Source of the DNA: Candidatus Saccharimonadota bacterium
GTDB taxonomy: Archaea > Nanohalarchaeota > Nanosalinia > Nanosalinales > Nanosalinaceae
Direction: 5' to 3'
NCBI GenBank assembly: GCA_001761425.1
Contig: CP012986.1
Coordinates: 30,001 to 62,000 of the forward strand
Length of the DNA: 32,000 bases
The position numbers and the translations under genes were made by a program. The notes under the pieces are model-generated. The model saw only the letters and a program-made list of their open reading frames with translations, was not told the DNA's origin and did not search any database. Shown here piece by piece: positions 29,333 to 32,000 of the stretch. Each line of letters starts with the position of its first letter. Position 1 is the stretch's first letter.

Positions 29333-30751
29333 TTAGCCCTTGATATTCACTACAGGCCTCAAACGGGCGACTTTCTCGCCGATACCGAGTTCGTCGGAAA
29401 TTTTGATGACTTCGTCTACGTCTTTGTAGCTGCCTGGTGCTTCTTCTGCGATCGTCGAGCCTGAAGCCGCTTTGACGTAGATTCCTTCACGTTTCAGGTC
29501 GTCCTGGACGTCTCCGCCCCAGTAATCCTGTTTCGCCTGTGTTCTTGACTTTAGTCTTCCTGCGCCGTGGGCTGTAGATCCGAAGGAAAGGCCTGGAGAG
29601 TTTTTTCCGCCGGAGAGGATGTAGCTGGAGGTTCCCATGCTTCCAGGGATGAGTACTGGCTGGCCGACTTCAGAGTAAACTTCGGGGACTTCTTCTCTTC
29701 CTGCTGGCATTGCTCTTGTCGCGCCTTTCCTGTGTACAAGCAGTTCTTTGTCTTCTCCGTCTACTTCGTAGGTTTCCTCTTTAGCGATGTTGTGGCAGAC
29801 GTCGTAGAGAAGTTCTGAATCAAACTCTTCGAACAGGCGTTCCATGGAGTGTCTGATAGCTTCTGTGATCGCCTGTCTGTTTGCCCATGCAAAGTTTGCA
29901 GCAGCGTACATCGCATAACGGTAGTCATCCGCCAGTTCGTCTCCGATAGGAGCATAGATCAATTCTTTATCAGGAAGTTGGTCCACGGTTTCAGTGTATT
30001 CTTTCTCGAAGTCTCTCAGGTATTCAGTACATGTCTGGTGTCCGAGGCCTCTACTCCCGGAATGTATCATTATCACGATCTGGTTTTTTTCAAGACCGAA
30101 GGCCTTGGCTTTTTCCTCTTCGAAGGTTTCTTCTACTTTCTGTACTTCGAGGAAGTGGTTTCCTGATCCGAGGCTTCCGACCTGTTTGAGGCCTCTCTTT
30201 TTAGCGTCTTCCGGGACTTTTTCTGGCTTTCCTGGAAGCCTCCCATTTTCCTCGCATCTTTTGAGATCGCTTTCCTTGGCGTGGCCGTTTTGCAGCATCC
30301 ATTCAGCTCCTTTTTCAAGAATTTCTTCAAGATCTTCTTTATCGACGTCGATGTAGCCTCCTTTGCCGAGTCCGCACGGTACTTTGTCGAAGAGGATATT
30401 TGCGATTTGTTCCTCTTTTCCCTTGATATCGTCGTATTTGAGCGAGGTTTTGAGGACTCGTACGCCACAGTTTATGTCGTAGCCGATTCCTCCAGGACTT
30501 ATTACGCCGTTTTCCATGTCTATGGCTGCGACTCCTCCGATTGGGAAGCCGTAGCCCTGGTGTCCGTCGGGCATGACGATCGAGTGTTTCTGGAGGCCTG
30601 GCAGGGTTGCCACGTTTTTGATCTGTTCTAGTGTATCGTCTCCTTTGATCTCTTCCAGCAGTTCTTCGTTTGCGTAGATCCTGGCAGGTTTCTTCATCTT
30701 TCCTTCTTTCGGGATCTCGTAGATATTTTCGGATACTTTGTTGAGTTCCAT
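29333..30751 (-). CDS. rtcB: RNA-splicing ligase RtcB
   Basis: ...MPDGHQGYGFPIGGVAA..., GGIGYDINCGVR, GSGNHFLEVQ, HSGSRGLGHQ and HGAGR are the conserved RtcB metal- and GMP-binding motifs. Confidence 0.95.
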   Translation of the reverse strand: MELNKVSENIYEIPKEGKMKKPARIYANEELLEEIKGDDTLEQIKNVATLPGLQKHSIVMPDGHQGYGFPIGGVAAIDMENGVISPGGIGYDINCGVRVLKTSLKYDDIKGKEEQIANILFDKVPCGLGKGGYIDVDKEDLEEILEKGAEWMLQNGHAKESDLKRCEENGRLPGKPEKVPEDAKKRGLKQVGSLGSGNHFLEVQKVEETFEEEKAKAFGLEKNQIVIMIHSGSRGLGHQTCTEYLRDFEKEYTETVDQLPDKELIYAPIGDELADDYRYAMYAAANFAWANRQAITEAIRHSMERLFEEFDSELLYDVCHNIAKEETYEVDGEDKELLVHRKGATRAMPAGREEVPEVYSEVGQPVLIPGSMGTSSYILSGGKNSPGLSFGSTAHGAGRLKSRTQAKQDYWGGDVQDDLKREGIYVKAASGSTIAEEAPGSYKDVDEVIKISDELGIGEKVARLRPVVNIKG

Positions 30752-30919
30752 ACCTGGTATTTGGCAGGGAAAGTTTACAAGTATGGTAGAGATCGCCTTT
30801 TGAATCTGACTTAGTCTTCTTGCTTCTCTACCGATAGGTTTGCAGAGTTTGCCTGGAGATCCTGCGGAAAGTTTTGGACAAGTTAAAGAGAAAAATGAGA
30901 GGGAAACAGTTTGGGAGGC

Positions 30920-31150
30920 CTAGGTTCGGCGGTCTGTCCAGTCTTCGGGCAGAAGGCCTATGATTAGTAGTATTGCTCCGAGTGTTGCTCCTGCGAGACT
31001 GAGTGACTTTATTAGAGGCCAGTCCATGTCTTCACCTGATATTACGTCTTCTGCCTGGGATGCTAGGTCCTGTTGGTCCTGTGCGTAGGTGTAGCCGAAA
31101 AGGCCTATTACTAGGAGTACTGCGCCGATTACAGCGAGTTCTGTTCTCAT
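30920..31150 (-). CDS. 76-aa two-TM membrane protein, function unknown
   Basis: LAVIGAVLLVIGLFGYTY and LSLAGATLGAILLIIGLL flank an acidic loop. Confidence 0.45.
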   Translation of the reverse strand: MRTELAVIGAVLLVIGLFGYTYAQDQQDLASQAEDVISGEDMDWPLIKSLSLAGATLGAILLIIGLLPEDWTDRRT

Positions 31151-31215
31151 TGTGGGTTCTTACCTCTGTAAACAAGAGGTAGTTAGATACAGAAACCGTT
31201 TGTTGCAGTAAGAAA

Positions 31216-31626
31216 CTATATATCCAGTACTGCCTGTAAAACCCATTTGCCGTCCTCGTGGTCGACTTTCATCTCGCTGTAGGTGGGGGCCTTGATATCG
31301 AGGAGTGCCATCTCATCGCTGATGTTGTCGACGACAATCTTCGCGGTCAAGCGGTGGCCTTCATCCGTATCCTCTATCTCAAGCTCTTCTGCGGACGAGA
31401 CGACGACACCTTCAGTATCCTGAAGGAATATCAGTTCGTCCAGGAAATCAAAAAGCAGAGGTTCATATCCCTCTGACTCGACCTCGATGTCATGGTGGTA
31501 CATGCCTCCTTCACCGCCGACGATCTCGGAGAAGGCCTCCACTGCATCGGAGAACGCCTTCTCTATGGTTTCTCCTTCTGTTCTGAACTTTTCGTCTGCC
31601 GGATGCTCAAGTATCTCGTAGCTCAC
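31216..31626 (-). CDS. archease (RtcB activator family)
   Basis: (M)SYEILEHPADEKFRTEGETIEKAFSDAVEAF... and C-terminal ...IKAPTYSEMKV match archease. GTG start. Confidence 0.8.
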   Translation of the reverse strand: MSYEILEHPADEKFRTEGETIEKAFSDAVEAFSEIVGGEGGMYHHDIEVESEGYEPLLFDFLDELIFLQDTEGVVVSSAEELEIEDTDEGHRLTAKIVVDNISDEMALLDIKAPTYSEMKVDHEDGKWVLQAVLDI

Positions 31627-31680
31627 CCTGTCTCACCCGTAAGTTGAGCGATCTCATAAATTTTTAGTCCTCGGCTCATC

Positions 31681-32000
31681 TTACTTTTCCTCAAACCTGT
31701 TTGGGAACTGCTCCTTCAAGGCCTTTTTGACCAGGCCCTGCTGTTTTCCTATACTCATCTCAGTGTTGTCGATTATCAGGTCGTACATTTCAAGGTCTTT
31801 GACGTCTATGCCGTAGTAGTTGCTGTAGCGTTCCTTGTTATCTCTGTCGCGTTTTTTGATTTTTTTCTTGACTTCTTCAACGTCTGTAATTTGTTCCTCA
31901 GCTTTTCTCTGACCTTCTTCAAGATCTCTGGCAGTCCTGCGCGCTCTTTCCTCGAGATCAGCCGTCACATAGATCCTGAAATCACTGTATGTTCCAAGCA
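31681..32000 (-). CDS. cmk: cytidylate kinase, archaeal type (N-terminus beyond the window edge)
   Basis: The frame stays open past the track start to position 32000 (...LGTYSDFRIYVTADLEERARR...RDRDNKERYSNYYGIDVKDLEMYDLIIDNT). This pattern is typical of archaeal CMP kinases. Confidence 0.7.
   Translation of the reverse strand, partial: LGTYSDFRIYVTADLEERARRTARDLEEGQRKAEEQITDVEEVKKKIKKRDRDNKERYSNYYGIDVKDLEMYDLIIDNTEMSIGKQQGLVKKALKEQFPNRFEEK

Overview
This window looks archaeal. About 15 kb on the minus strand is the ribosomal-protein supercluster. One transcription unit runs L3-L4-L23-L2-S19-L22-S3-L29-aSUI1. A second runs S17-L14-L24-S4e-L5-S14-S8-L6-L32e-L19e-L18-S5-L30-L15-SecY. The S13-S4-S11-RpoD operon lies elsewhere in the window. 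Other genes include a DUF106/YidC-like protein, Cbf5, RtcB, archease, a partial archaeal-type cmk, three tRNAs (two intron-containing tRNA-Gln and one tRNA-Ser) and a small accessory block. That block holds a YdbS/YdbT-like bPH pair, a DtxR-like regulator with a hyperacidic coiled-coil protein, a CPA2 antiporter with a CBS protein, an HD hydrolase and a SAM methyltransferase.

Proteins are strongly acidic and several ribosomal proteins carry E/D-rich tails. Together with the compact gene sizes, this suggests a salt-in halophile with a small genome, possibly nanohaloarchaeon- or DPANN-like. That taxonomic guess is inference only. Almost all genes are on the minus strand, and many start with GTG or TTG. 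Operon-first genes have a TATA box about 23-33 nt before the start codon, so they look leaderless or nearly so. Operon-internal genes use GAGGTG/AGGTGA Shine-Dalgarno (SD) sites.

I found no CRISPR array, transposase or recognisable defence system. The signals that ordinary annotation does not explain are:
1. The palindrome AGGCCT is about 15-fold over-represented, in all codon phases and in non-coding DNA.
2. A covarying family of paired-hairpin spacers sits between ribosomal-protein genes and holds the SD sequence in a hairpin.
3. A 21-nt duplication of the L15/SecY junction flanks a 124-nt structured insert.
4. Two tRNA-Gln genes share a non-canonical D-arm intron.
5. A 101-nt module of about 93% identity is shared by the acidic tails of uL24 and uS3.
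6. The conserved Rpp29 slot upstream of S17 holds a long structured leader and an opposite-strand gene instead.

All calls come from reading the sequence and ORF translations. No database search, HMM or tRNA scanner was run.
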